A stretch of 54,194 nucleotides of DNA, from the IMG/VR virus record IMGVR_UViG_3300005470_000003, positions 1 to 54,194 of that record; one strand, 5' to 3'. Within the stretch, counting starts at the first letter, position 1; every line of letters begins with the position of its first letter. The stretch is from a virus. Taxonomy: Duplodnaviria > Caudoviricetes. Positions 29,306-38,781 of the stretch are shown piece by piece. The notes under the pieces are model-generated. The model had not been told where the DNA came from. It searched no databases and saw nothing but the letters and a program-made list of their open reading frames with translations. Position numbers and translations under genes: made by a program.

Positions 29306-29614
29306 ATGCAAGGAATTTATGATAGTTACATTGAATTTTGTCCTGAAGCCGGTGGAACGTGTTTGGGTCCTATATGTGCTGCTTTTAAATCAACAATTCA
29401 TTTGGGTTTAGATGGATCTATATTGATTAGACAGATGGGTTATGAATTACAAACACCAACACCAGTCATGTTGTCTATTGATATTGCTATATGTAATAAA
29501 TATAATAAATTGATAGGAGAGGATTCAGCTAATCTGTATTATAATTTCTTGCAGGATATGGGTATAATTAAAAACATAAGGTTTTTATCGATTGGAGAAG
29601 AAGAAGATGAGTAG
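29306..29614 (+). CDS. Hypothetical protein
   Basis: 102 aa with CPxxxxxCxxxxC motif. Confidence 0.55.
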   Translation: MQGIYDSYIEFCPEAGGTCLGPICAAFKSTIHLGLDGSILIRQMGYELQTPTPVMLSIDIAICNKYNKLIGEDSANLYYNFLQDMGIIKNIRFLSIGEEEDE

Positions 29615-30329
29615 AGCGATTGATTTGATTAATTTATTGAATGAAGTTGGAACTGGTGGAGATGGACAGGAAGCCGGTAAACTTGAAATTGCTAAAATTT
29701 CCATGCAACAAGCTATCGATTTTATGGATAATAAGAAGTTTGATTGGAAAGAATTAATACCTGACTTTGAAAAAAATTTTAAAATAGCACAAGATAGAGC
29801 TAAAAAGGGTTGGACTAAACGTGAGGAAATGCCGGTTATAGAAGACGAAGATGTCCGTAAATTACAAGCTCGTTTAAGAAAGGGTAATTTGGATATTAAT
29901 AAACCATTTGCTGATGATACAAATCCAAAGAATCCTTTTCCACAAGGTTTGAGTGGTTTCGAGGCTGCTGAGTTTCTTGAACGTGGATTGAAGGATGGCA
30001 GTATTAAGGATGATCAAATAGATGTTGACATTAGTACAGCAATTATAAAAGATTTGACACCAATACAAAAACAAATTTACTTTGATATAGCAATTGGAAA
30101 TACCATTAAGTTTGGCTTGAAATCAAGTATTGATTTCGTATCAAATAAATCATTTTTCATTCTTAGTAAAGATAAGAGAATCATTGATGGGCACCACAGA
30201 TTTTTAACCGGTATGTTGATTAATCCGGATATGAAAATTAATGCGCTTGTTATTGATTTACCAATTAAAAAATTGTTGCCATTAACTATTTCATATTCAG
30301 ATGCCTTAGGACATAAACGAAACAAATAA
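29607..30329 (+). CDS. Leader-bearing protein with ParB/Srx-like domain
   Basis: MSRAIDLINLLNE; LxPxQ and IIDGHHRF motifs. Confidence 0.75.
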   Translation: MSRAIDLINLLNEVGTGGDGQEAGKLEIAKISMQQAIDFMDNKKFDWKELIPDFEKNFKIAQDRAKKGWTKREEMPVIEDEDVRKLQARLRKGNLDINKPFADDTNPKNPFPQGLSGFEAAEFLERGLKDGSIKDDQIDVDISTAIIKDLTPIQKQIYFDIAIGNTIKFGLKSSIDFVSNKSFFILSKDKRIIDGHHRFLTGMLINPDMKINALVIDLPIKKLLPLTISYSDALGHKRNK

Positions 30330-30378
30330 TAATTAATATTCAATTTCATCAATTATAAAACTAAAGGCAGGTATAATA

Positions 30379-31053
30379 ATGTCAGATAAAGTCAGTTTTA
30401 ATATTGTGTCTTATTCTTCTGATGGAGAAGTAATAGCCATTATAGATGGAATGAAATACTCATATCATGGTGTTGGTCCTGGAGAAGTCGATTATATTAA
30501 TAAACTTGCAAAAAAATCCCCAGGTAATGCATTAAACTATTTAAAAAAATCGGCCACTAGTTTCGATAAAATAGAAGAATCCGAGATGAGTAAAGCAGCA
30601 TATATCATAAAAAATTTGAATACACTTTCTGAAGAATATTTTGAACGAATTAAATCTACTGTACCGGGTAAAGGTAATATCGAGATTTTCAAGAATCCGA
30701 GTAAATCTGATTATAAGGCATTGGGCAGTATAATCCGATTTACAGCTTATAACAAAACAAAAACAGTTTATGCATGGATTTATGATCAAGCCCATCATAA
30801 TGATGTTTCCAGGGCTGTAGGTATTAAACATTCATATAACGATCCTGATTTACTTACAGGTGGGGCTGAATGGAAAAATGGTAAGTACATTTTCAGTTCA
30901 TCAGATTTTTTGAAAGATTTTAAACGTATGATATCCTCAGAATCAGAATATCTTGGTGCTTTATTGTCAAACGATTGGTCATGGGCTGATAAATACATTT
31001 TAGTTACACCAATAATAAACAAACTAAAAGAATATTTTGAACAGTATAAATAA
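30379..31053 (+). CDS. KTSC-like domain fused to an internal leader-bearing domain
   Basis: YSYHGV...SPGNALNY, then MSKAAYIIKNL at 30586 and a paralog of 15349. Confidence 0.65.
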   Translation: MSDKVSFNIVSYSSDGEVIAIIDGMKYSYHGVGPGEVDYINKLAKKSPGNALNYLKKSATSFDKIEESEMSKAAYIIKNLNTLSEEYFERIKSTVPGKGNIEIFKNPSKSDYKALGSIIRFTAYNKTKTVYAWIYDQAHHNDVSRAVGIKHSYNDPDLLTGGAEWKNGKYIFSSSDFLKDFKRMISSESEYLGALLSNDWSWADKYILVTPIINKLKEYFEQYK

Positions 31054-31116
31054 TAATTTGGAATAAGAAAAATGACAAGAGCGAATGAAATCTTGAATAA
31101 AATCGATTTTAATCAC

Positions 31117-31365
31117 GTCGATAACCCCATACCCAAGGGTAGGAATTTTTAATAATTCTAGTTATCGACCAGATTAAGAAAGTTATTTTTTTTTAACTTT
31201 CTACGTGTATTTAGTTATGATACCTACAAATGCGTGCCAGTTTGTAGCCCTATCGTTAAGCATCATGAAAACATGGTTGGGGACATGGTGAAGGTGTTTA
31301 GCATGACAAGCTTTATACACATTATCGAGGCAAACATTACAGCCGAAAGGCTAGAAGGAGTTTTA
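31117..31365 (+). ncRNA. omegaRNA scaffold of IscB element 1
   Basis: GTCGATAAC...GTTATCGAC stem, CAGATTAAG, CTACGT, CTACAAA-TGCGTGCCAG-TTTGTAG, CATTATCGAGG, GCCGAAAGGC hairpin directly upstream of iscB. Confidence 0.75.
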
Positions 31366-31445
31366 AAACCATGAACAATCATGTGTTTGTGTTGGATACA
31401 AATAAAAAGTCATAATATCCATTTACAATTATTTTAAAAATTGCT

Positions 31446-32588
31446 ATGCCAGAAGCTGTAGTAAAAGCATTAATTACTAAAATTGATCCAGGTAGTAAAT
31501 ATACCGGTATAGTACTTGTAGATAATAATGATCGTGTATTGTTTGCTGCTGAAATAGAGCATAGAGGATTATTCATTAAAAATAAATTGGATAGCCGTAG
31601 AGTTCTTAGAAGGGGTAGAAGAGGTAGAAATACCAGATATAGACAACCAAGGTTTTTAAATAGGACAAGACCTGATGGTTGGCTACCTCCAAGTTTACAA
31701 CATAGACTTCTAACAACTATGACATGGATAGATAAGTTTAGAAGGTATGCTGAAATCTCAAAGTTAGCTGTAGAACGTGTAAAATTTGATATGCAAAAAA
31801 TGCAAAATCCAGGAATTTCTGGTGTTGAATATCAACAAGGAACCTTAGCCGGTTATGAAATGCGTGAATATTTGCTTGAAAAATGGAATCGTACATGCGC
31901 ATATTGTGGTAAACAAGATATTCCATTAGAGATAGAACATATTCATCCAAAATCGAAAGGAGGTTCTAACAGAATTAGTAATTTGACATTGGCATGCCGT
32001 TCATGTAATGAGAAAAAAGGTAATATGTTAATTGAAGAATTCCTTAAAAATAAACCTGATGTTTTGAAGATAATTTTAGCACAAGCAAAGGCACCGTTGA
32101 AAGATGCCGCTGCTGTAAATGCTACTAGAAATATGTTATTTAAAAAATTATTGAATACTGGATTATTAGTGGAAACTGGTACAGGTGCACAGACAAAATT
32201 TAATCGCATTGGGTTAAAATTACCGAAAGAACATTGGATTGATGCAGCATGTGTTGGAGATTCTGGATGTAATGTTAAGGTTGATTCAAATTTAAAGCCA
32301 TTGAAGATTAAAGCAACTGGACACGGAAATAGAAGGATGTGTAGTACTAATAAATACGGATTTCCTATTCAACATAGGACAAATAAAAAGTTTCATTTCG
32401 GTTTTCAAACAGGAGATATAGTCAAAGCTGTAGTAACAAAAGGAAAAAATATAGGGATACATATTGGCAAGGTTATGTGTCGTGCCAAAGGTAATTTTGA
32501 TGTTCAAACATTAAAAGGTAAAATAGGTGCTTCTTATAAAAATTGTAGTATTTTGAGTAGAAAGGATGGGTATATCTATAACACCTAA
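31446..32588 (+). CDS. iscB: IscB RNA-guided endonuclease lacking the PLMP core
   Basis: RuvC-I IDPGS, Arg-rich bridge helix, WLPPSL, RuvC-II E, HNH CAYC..EHIHP..GG..N..C..CN, RuvC-III HWIDA. Original start at 31371 is followed by an in-frame TAA at 31413. Confidence 0.9.
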   Translation: MPEAVVKALITKIDPGSKYTGIVLVDNNDRVLFAAEIEHRGLFIKNKLDSRRVLRRGRRGRNTRYRQPRFLNRTRPDGWLPPSLQHRLLTTMTWIDKFRRYAEISKLAVERVKFDMQKMQNPGISGVEYQQGTLAGYEMREYLLEKWNRTCAYCGKQDIPLEIEHIHPKSKGGSNRISNLTLACRSCNEKKGNMLIEEFLKNKPDVLKIILAQAKAPLKDAAAVNATRNMLFKKLLNTGLLVETGTGAQTKFNRIGLKLPKEHWIDAACVGDSGCNVKVDSNLKPLKIKATGHGNRRMCSTNKYGFPIQHRTNKKFHFGFQTGDIVKAVVTKGKNIGIHIGKVMCRAKGNFDVQTLKGKIGASYKNCSILSRKDGYIYNT

Positions 32589-32665
32589 TTAGAGATTGAA
32601 GGTATTTTTTTCCTATAATTTTTGCGGGCCGATTCCCTCCCTGTCTAAAGCCTTGTGGAAAAGGT

Positions 32666-32902
32666 ATGGCTATTTTAACATCTGATAATCCTATGGGCAA
32701 AAAATCATCACCAGAAGAAAACAATAAAGATATAGCAGAAAGGATGGGCAGTAAGGATCATATCATATCCGCTGGATTTGTTAAATTTAATTCTATTGGA
32801 GATAAAGTAAAAGCAAGTTGTTATGGACAATCTACTTCTTTAGGTAAGTTCAGTCATCCTATGGATTCTGATTGGTTAACCATTTATATGGATAACTTTT
32901 AA
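32666..32902 (+). CDS. Hypothetical protein, paralog of the 33193-33474 remnant
   Basis: ISAGFVKF...CYGQSTSLG...DSDWL. Confidence 0.6.
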   Translation: MAILTSDNPMGKKSSPEENNKDIAERMGSKDHIISAGFVKFNSIGDKVKASCYGQSTSLGKFSHPMDSDWLTIYMDNF

Positions 32903-32918
32903 ATTGAGGAGCAGAAAA

Positions 32919-33200
32919 ATGAATAGAGCTCAGAAAATAATTGAGTCATTAATTATATCAGAAGGTCTAAAACCAGTTGATAAGAAAGTTGTAGACGATT
33001 TCTATAGTGAAAAAGAAAATCACAAAGGTAAACTTCTTGATACAGATGGCAAGACGCTTGAAAAGATGGGTTTGGGTAGACAACAAATTGCCAAGTGGGA
33101 AAATGATAAGATAGTCATTACAGCTAAACAGGATGTTAAATCTACTGAAAGTATTCTTACATATATGAGAAAATTGATACCTAAAAACAATTTTGCTTAG
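32919..33200 (+). CDS. Leader-bearing hypothetical protein
   Basis: MNRAQKIIESLIISE, with GAGGAG RBS. Confidence 0.7.
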   Translation: MNRAQKIIESLIISEGLKPVDKKVVDDFYSEKENHKGKLLDTDGKTLEKMGLGRQQIAKWENDKIVITAKQDVKSTESILTYMRKLIPKNNFA

Positions 33201-33474
33201 GAGAATCTTAATTAATGGTGAGTTTAAGTACATCATGATAGATAACACAGGACCAATGGGTAGTACAGAAGGAATTATAATTTTTCCAGTATGAGAAAAT
33301 CATAAGGATGTTGTTAAGAAGTTAGGCAGTAAGGAACATGTAGTATCAGTTGGATTTGTAAAATTCAGTTCTGTTGATGGAGAGATAAAACCAAGATGTT
33401 ATGGGCAATTCACTTCTTTAGGAATAGCTAGTCAGCCCAAAGATTCTGATTGGTTAATTAATTACATCAAATAA
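33193..33474 (+). pseudogene. Paralog of 32666 with an in-frame TGA
   Basis: FKYIMI...IIFPV*ENHKD...VSVGFVKF...CYGQFTSLG...DSDWL. TGA at 33292. Confidence 0.7.
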
Positions 33475-33483
33475 GGGATAACA

Positions 33484-33954
33484 ATGAAAGTAAAGTACTA
33501 TTGTGGTCTTTATAAAACTGCTGATTTTGATGAGCCTGATAAATGCTGTCAGGAAGGTACTATTAATGTAGATGAAGATGCTTGGAAAAAAGGTTTGGTA
33601 TCTTATCCTTGCCCATCATGTGGACTTATAATGATTCAAGGAAGAAATCATTTCCAACCTATAGGTAGAAATTTAAAGTTAGTTGACTTTATGGAGCCCA
33701 AAGAAAAAACAGAATACTCAGTAGATGATGAGAAGGAAGTTCCAGTAATTTCCAGTAAGTGTATGGCAAAGGTTATAGGCTTTTTACTCAAAGAAAATGA
33801 AGGGATGATGGTTGAATTAGATGATTCTTTTTTACGGGGTAAATATGTAGTCCATAAGGGAGATGGTCAAATCCACATCAATGAATTTAATCAGGACCAG
33901 GAAAAGATTGAATTCTTAGATGGAGGTAAGTTGTGGTTAAAGCAAAAGAGGTAG
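33484..33954 (+). CDS. Hypothetical zinc-ribbon protein
   Basis: 156 aa with CPSCG. Confidence 0.6.
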   Translation: MKVKYYCGLYKTADFDEPDKCCQEGTINVDEDAWKKGLVSYPCPSCGLIMIQGRNHFQPIGRNLKLVDFMEPKEKTEYSVDDEKEVPVISSKCMAKVIGFLLKENEGMMVELDDSFLRGKYVVHKGDGQIHINEFNQDQEKIEFLDGGKLWLKQKR

Positions 33955-34162
33955 TTGGATTATTTGAAGATTTTGTTGATAAACTATTTCTTAAATTTGA
34001 GGAGTTAATTAATACTTCTTTTCATATGGGTCACAATCACAAGTCTGACTGAGGTTAAACGTCTCTTCAATTACTAGATTCACTAAAAAAATCTAAAAGA
34101 GATTTAGTAATGAAAGCAAATGAAATCATAGAAAGTATTGAATCTATATTGGAGGAATTAAA

Positions 34163-34426
34163 ATGTCCAAAGCTAAAAATATTATTAACAAAATGAATGA
34201 ACAATATGATGAGGATTTTTTAGAGACTCTTAAAGGGGACTTTGAAGATCTATTAGATCAAATTGATGAATTAGATAGATTGAGATTAAATATCGAAGTT
34301 GGTATAGATGGGTTGAATTTAACAAATGGTAAAATTGGTAAAACCTTTAGTAAAGCCAATGACATGTTTGATAAAACTGTAAAAGAATATAAAAATCTCC
34401 AAAAAATGGTAAATAACATTAAATAA
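34163..34426 (+). CDS. Leader-bearing coiled-coil protein
   Basis: MSKAKNIINKMNE, with GGAGG RBS. Confidence 0.7.
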   Translation: MSKAKNIINKMNEQYDEDFLETLKGDFEDLLDQIDELDRLRLNIEVGIDGLNLTNGKIGKTFSKANDMFDKTVKEYKNLQKMVNNIK

Positions 34427-34437
34427 GTAACAAATCA

Positions 34438-34456
34438 TAGGTATGGGGTTATCGAC
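34438..34456 (-). repeat. Inverted orphan copy of the IscB element upstream end
   Basis: Reverse complement reads GTCGATAACCCCATACCTA. Confidence 0.75.
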
Positions 34457-34572
34457 CCATAAGTTATTTTAAATTTCTAAAAGTTTTCTGGTCTAATAGA
34501 ATCAAATTCATAAACAACTACACCATTAATCTCTATTGGGTAAATTGTTAGGAATCATAAAGGGTGCCTATT

Positions 34573-35154
34573 ATGAAAGCTAGTAATATAATTGAACTGT
34601 TAGATAATCCGATGTATGAGATGGCCGATACAAATTGGGTTATTGAACCCGGTAATACCCCAAAGAAAATTAAAAAAGCTTATAAACTTTTTAAACTTAA
34701 AAATGGTGGTTTATATCCGTTGTTTATTGGTAAAAATAAAGAGACACCAATGAATATTTGGTTAATCGCAGATTTTATTCCGACTAAGGGATATGCCGAA
34801 AGACCTGGGTGGCATTCTGGTATTTTACCGATAGCCCCTCATTTACGTAGAAAAAGTACTGGAAAGATTAATTCAAACAGAGTCTGGGCTGAAGTTTCAG
34901 TTTCTGCTGATAAGGATTGGAGTAAAGATCCAGAAATGACAAAGAACGGTATTACTGGTAAAGTACCGAAGGATGGTTACTATAAGTTCAAGACTAATAA
35001 AATGCAGGGCGGTGCTTGGATAATTTCTGGAGCTTTAAAGGTTAATAAAGTTCTTAGTGATTTTGAAGTTTCTAAAATTTTGTCAAAGGCTGGCTACCCA
35101 AAATCAGAAATAGAAAATGAAATGCATGATCCTGAATTTAACGGAAGAATATAA
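34573..35154 (+). CDS. Leader-bearing conserved phage protein
   Basis: MKASNIIELLD; YKLF..LYPLFI, RPGWH, RVWAEV, GYYKFKTN, WIISG. Confidence 0.75.
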   Translation: MKASNIIELLDNPMYEMADTNWVIEPGNTPKKIKKAYKLFKLKNGGLYPLFIGKNKETPMNIWLIADFIPTKGYAERPGWHSGILPIAPHLRRKSTGKINSNRVWAEVSVSADKDWSKDPEMTKNGITGKVPKDGYYKFKTNKMQGGAWIISGALKVNKVLSDFEVSKILSKAGYPKSEIENEMHDPEFNGRI

Positions 35155-35195
35155 TTTTTTTTTATAATAATTTATGAATCGGGGGTTAATATCAT

Positions 35196-35387
35196 ATGAA
35201 AGCAAAAAAATTTTTGGACAGCGTTAATGAGGGTTACAAGGTTGATGATATAAAAGATTTTTTCAGAAAGGTTAAAGATCCATCCCTTTATAGTTTTTTT
35301 GCTGAATTTCAAAAATCTGTAGAAAGTGAATGCGGTGAAATGATTCCAACTGAAATATTAGTTAAATCTTTGAAAAAAATTATGTAA
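35196..35387 (+). CDS. Small leader-bearing protein
   Basis: MKAKKFLDSVNE. Confidence 0.6.
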   Translation: MKAKKFLDSVNEGYKVDDIKDFFRKVKDPSLYSFFAEFQKSVESECGEMIPTEILVKSLKKIM

Positions 35388-35519
35388 TTAATTTATTATT
35401 GTGACCCAAAATTCTATTATTTAACAGTAATTTATTTTAGGGGGTTGTAAGATTGTGAAATTTGACAATCTATAAATTACTATTAAAATATTTTAAACAA
35501 ATATGTAAAGGGTTTATCG

Positions 35520-35714
35520 ATGGAATGGAAAGTTTCTGAAAATGTTAGTAATGCAGTTAATGATTATAAAACAATAGTGGCTGATAATAATCAAGAATTA
35601 GATACTAAAGTTAATAAACTTTTGAAGGATGGGTGGCAACCTTATGGTAAGTTGATTGTTATTATGTTTAACAATTGTCCTACATTTTTTCAAACCATGG
35701 TTCAGTATACATAG
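35520..35714 (+). CDS. DUF1737-like protein
   Basis: L..KVN.LL.DGWQPYG...QTMV. Confidence 0.65.
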   Translation: MEWKVSENVSNAVNDYKTIVADNNQELDTKVNKLLKDGWQPYGKLIVIMFNNCPTFFQTMVQYT

Positions 35715-35886
35715 GTGAAATAAATGTCTAATTTTTTGCTTTTATTTTTTGCAGCTTTTGGTCCTGTAATTATATTTGTAATAATTGCGCTTGCTTGTAA
35801 AAATAGTAAATTTTATTAGGTATAGACTGTTAAAGTTATAGATTTAAAAGATATTTATTAACATTTATACGGGCGGTGTATTTAAA

Positions 35887-36720
35887 ATGAAATGTTTTTA
35901 TCATTCTGCTGATCTCGATGGAAAATGTAGCGGTGCCATAGTAAAACAGGTTTATCCTGAATGTGAAATGATTGGTATCAATTATGGTGAAGAGTTTCCT
36001 TGGGGTGATTTGGTGTTAAATGAAACTGTTTTTATGGTTGATTTTTCACTCCAACCATTTTCTGATATGTTTAGATTGAATGAAATAACTAATTTAGTAT
36101 GGATTGATCATCACATTTCTGCAATTGAAGAAGCAAATAAAAATAATTTTTTTGCATATCGTCAAATTTTAGTTAATGATATGGCAGCGTGTGAAAGTGT
36201 TTGGAACTATTTCTATTCATCTATACCCATCCCAAAAGTAGTTCATTTGTTAGGTAGATACGATGTATGGGATTTAATTGATGGTACTTTGGAACTACAG
36301 AATGGTATGCGCCTAAATGATACAAGTCCCGAAAATCAGAAATTTTGGGGGAATTTATTTTCCAATGATGTAGCTGTAGATGATTTAATACAGACCGGTG
36401 CAATTCTTTTAAAGAAACAAAATATTGATAATGAATTACATGCTAAATCGTGTGCTTTTGAAACTGAACTGGATGGTTTGAAAGTAATAGCTATGAATAC
36501 AAATTTTCTTAGTTCAATAGCTTTTAAATCTGTTTGGGATTCAGATAAATATGATGCAATGTTAGCTTTTATTTTTCGTAAGAAATTTTGGTCAGTTTCT
36601 TTATACACAGATAAAGATGGAATAGATGTTAGTAAGGTATGTAAAGCTAGGGGCGGTGGTGGACATAAGCAAGCTGCTGGGTTTCAATGTAATGAATTGC
36701 CTTTTTTAAAAAATCAATAA
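35887..36720 (+). CDS. DHH/DHHA1 phosphoesterase
   Basis: YHSADLDG, MVDFS, WIDHH, SLY, GGGGHKQAAGF. Confidence 0.9.
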   Translation: MKCFYHSADLDGKCSGAIVKQVYPECEMIGINYGEEFPWGDLVLNETVFMVDFSLQPFSDMFRLNEITNLVWIDHHISAIEEANKNNFFAYRQILVNDMAACESVWNYFYSSIPIPKVVHLLGRYDVWDLIDGTLELQNGMRLNDTSPENQKFWGNLFSNDVAVDDLIQTGAILLKKQNIDNELHAKSCAFETELDGLKVIAMNTNFLSSIAFKSVWDSDKYDAMLAFIFRKKFWSVSLYTDKDGIDVSKVCKARGGGGHKQAAGFQCNELPFLKNQ

Positions 36721-36737
36721 ATTTAGGGGAATTTTAA

Positions 36738-37055
36738 ATGTCTAAAGCTAATGAACTTATACACAAATTATCAGATAAAAATGAAGCTAATTCATCTAAT
36801 GATGAGGCATGGAAGATAATGGCCTCTTTGGAACTTAAAGTTATTGAAATTACTGATGGGGACTGGAAAAAAGCTGATAATATTTATAACGATTGGAAAA
36901 AGGTATATAACATTATTTTTGAGCAAATTTCAAAACTTACAAACAAGTTTAAAGATAAAGATAAAGCAAGACAAATCTTAGATGTACTTATTGATAAGGG
37001 ACATAAAGCTTTAAAGAGAGCTTCATTGGCCATTGTTAATGATAAAAATTTATAA
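36738..37055 (+). CDS. Leader-bearing hypothetical protein
   Basis: MSKANELIHKLSDKNE. Confidence 0.65.
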   Translation: MSKANELIHKLSDKNEANSSNDEAWKIMASLELKVIEITDGDWKKADNIYNDWKKVYNIIFEQISKLTNKFKDKDKARQILDVLIDKGHKALKRASLAIVNDKNL

Positions 37056-37071
37056 TTCAGGTGATGATCTT

Positions 37072-37563
37072 ATGTCTGATATTTTAATTGATGCAGTTAG
37101 GTTTTTAAATGATAAGACAAATGATATTGATCATAATTTATCGGTATCTAAAATATTATATAACATGAAATGTGATGATAATGATGCTGTAGTATCTGGA
37201 ATTTTACATAATATTTTAGATTTTGGTGTTTCCATACAGAATGTTGAGAATAATTTTGGTATGGTAGTTGCTGCAATAGTAGAACAAATATCTGAGGATA
37301 AGAATCTAACATGGAGTGAACGTAAACATGATTTCTTTATTATGGCTGAAAATGCACCGAGTTTTATAAAAAGTATTGTTTTAGCTGATTGTTACGATCA
37401 TGTAAAACGAATTGTTTTTGATAATTCTATTAATAATAATACGGAGGATTTGATTTGGTATTATGACAATATGCTTAGTTCTTTAAAACCTAAGTCCAAT
37501 TACAAAGTCGGCTATAAAATTTATTATCGAAAATTTAAAGATATTGTTAGATGTTTTAAATAA
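37072..37563 (+). CDS. Degenerate HD-domain protein (SpoT/Mesh1-hydrolase-like)
   Basis: H..V..IL, GILHNILD (HD changed to HN), FG..VA.IV, SEDK...WSERK, LAD. Confidence 0.7.
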   Translation: MSDILIDAVRFLNDKTNDIDHNLSVSKILYNMKCDDNDAVVSGILHNILDFGVSIQNVENNFGMVVAAIVEQISEDKNLTWSERKHDFFIMAENAPSFIKSIVLADCYDHVKRIVFDNSINNNTEDLIWYYDNMLSSLKPKSNYKVGYKIYYRKFKDIVRCFK

Positions 37564-37595
37564 ATTGTATAATAAAATTTTTTATTTATGGGGGT

Positions 37596-37784
37596 ATGAT
37601 GGACTACGATAAAATTAGAGTTGTTTTGCCAGTAATGTATTTGATGGAAAATTGTAGTAGTTGGCATGGATTTTGTACTGCCGAGGGCTTGAGTGATGAT
37701 TTTATAAAGGAACTTTCATCAAGACCTGATGGAAAATATTCTGGTTCAATTAAGAATTTAAGAATTTTCGGAATACTTAAATAA
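37596..37784 (+). CDS. Hypothetical protein
   Basis: 62 aa with GGGG RBS. Confidence 0.45.
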   Translation: MMDYDKIRVVLPVMYLMENCSSWHGFCTAEGLSDDFIKELSSRPDGKYSGSIKNLRIFGILK

Positions 37785-37789
37785 TTATT

Positions 37790-38053
37790 ATGGATTGTAA
37801 AGATAGAAAGCATTTAAATAATGATAAGCTAATGTCAATGGATGATTGGAATGTTAGTGTTTCAGGTAAGACTTTATTATCTATCTGGGATTTTATTAAA
37901 TCACCTAAACAATTTATCAATAATTTTTCGGAACGCAATAAAAAACATTATGAATATGTATATGAATGTGGGTGTATTGCTAAGGATGGTCCTAGTAGTC
38001 CACATTATTGTCCAGATCATCCTTGGATGGTTATAACCAAAGTTGAAAAATGA
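37790..38053 (+). CDS. Hypothetical zinc-binding protein
   Basis: YECGC...CPDH. Confidence 0.55.
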   Translation: MDCKDRKHLNNDKLMSMDDWNVSVSGKTLLSIWDFIKSPKQFINNFSERNKKHYEYVYECGCIAKDGPSSPHYCPDHPWMVITKVEK

Positions 38054-38136
38054 AAGGATATTAGATATTTATTTTATTTGATACAGTTGAAATTATTGAG
38101 GTTTTGAATCAATCAATGTTGGAGGATTAAAAAGTT

Positions 38137-38532
38137 ATGATTAAAAAAAAGTATGAGCAGTTTATTGTTTCATTATTTGTAGTTGCCATGTTATCGGTTT
38201 TTGTTACAGGGTGTCAGACTTCACCCGATGTTCAACCATCCTCACCAGTTAAAATTGCATATGCTACCATTAAATCATCAGCTATTGCTTATGATGCTGT
38301 TATGTTGGCTCTTGGTGATATGGATAAACAGGGTAAACTTAAACCAGAGCAAAAAACTCAAGTTCTTAAATATGGCAATGAATTTTGGAGAGCATATCAT
38401 ACTGCAGTTGATGCTCTTTTTGTTTATAAACAGTCCGGTAATGGTGAGTTAAATCTTGAATCAGCTTTGATTACTTTGACTGAAGTATTATCTTCTTTTT
38501 TAGAATATTCTTCTAAAATTACGGAGGTTTGA
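38137..38532 (+). CDS. Lipoprotein
   Basis: Basic N-terminus, hydrophobic core, VTGC lipobox, GGAGG RBS. Confidence 0.75.
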   Translation: MIKKKYEQFIVSLFVVAMLSVFVTGCQTSPDVQPSSPVKIAYATIKSSAIAYDAVMLALGDMDKQGKLKPEQKTQVLKYGNEFWRAYHTAVDALFVYKQSGNGELNLESALITLTEVLSSFLEYSSKITEV

Positions 38533-38536
38533 AAAA

Positions 38537-38701
38537 ATGAACTTAGAATTTTTATTGGCTGTTGGCGCTCTTGTTCTCAAGTATGGTGTTGGTGCTGCTG
38601 TTGAAATCATTAAAACATGGAATACTCAAGGTGAACCTACATTAGAAGATATTGAAGCTCTGAAAGAAATGGTTCCACCACCTGATTCATATTTTAAATA
38701 A
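38537..38701 (+). CDS. Small protein with hydrophobic N-terminus
   Basis: Own translation MNLEFLLAVGALVLKYGV..., 54 aa, GGAGG RBS. Confidence 0.6.
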   Translation: MNLEFLLAVGALVLKYGVGAAVEIIKTWNTQGEPTLEDIEALKEMVPPPDSYFK

Positions 38702-38781
38702 TGGAATTTTTTATTTAAATAATTAAGATCGTGTATCTGATAGATTTTTTAGATTTAATTCTATTATTGATTAGGAGAATT

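Larger units (their letters stand above)
31117..32650 (+). mobile_element. Non-autonomous IS200/IS605-family IscB element 1 (right boundary approximate)
   Basis: omegaRNA-like leader plus iscB and a downstream end motif. No tnpA. Interrupts an ORF starting at 31072. Confidence 0.8.

Noticed and set aside
6490-31055. T4-type late promoters (TATAAATA) at several gene ends
   Set aside because: Expected by chance in DNA this AT-rich and often formed by Tyr-Lys-stop codons. Cannot be supported without enrichment statistics.
33193-33474. Stop-codon reassignment suggested by the in-frame TGA at 33292
   Set aside because: Long conserved genes (purB, terL, PAS, iscB, DHH) are open in the standard code, and genes end normally at TAG and TGA. 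An isolated nonsense mutation is the simpler explanation.
38137-38701. Spanin pair
   Set aside because: A lipoprotein and a small hydrophobic protein are present, but the order and sizes do not fit typical i-spanin/o-spanin pairs and no endolysin is adjacent.
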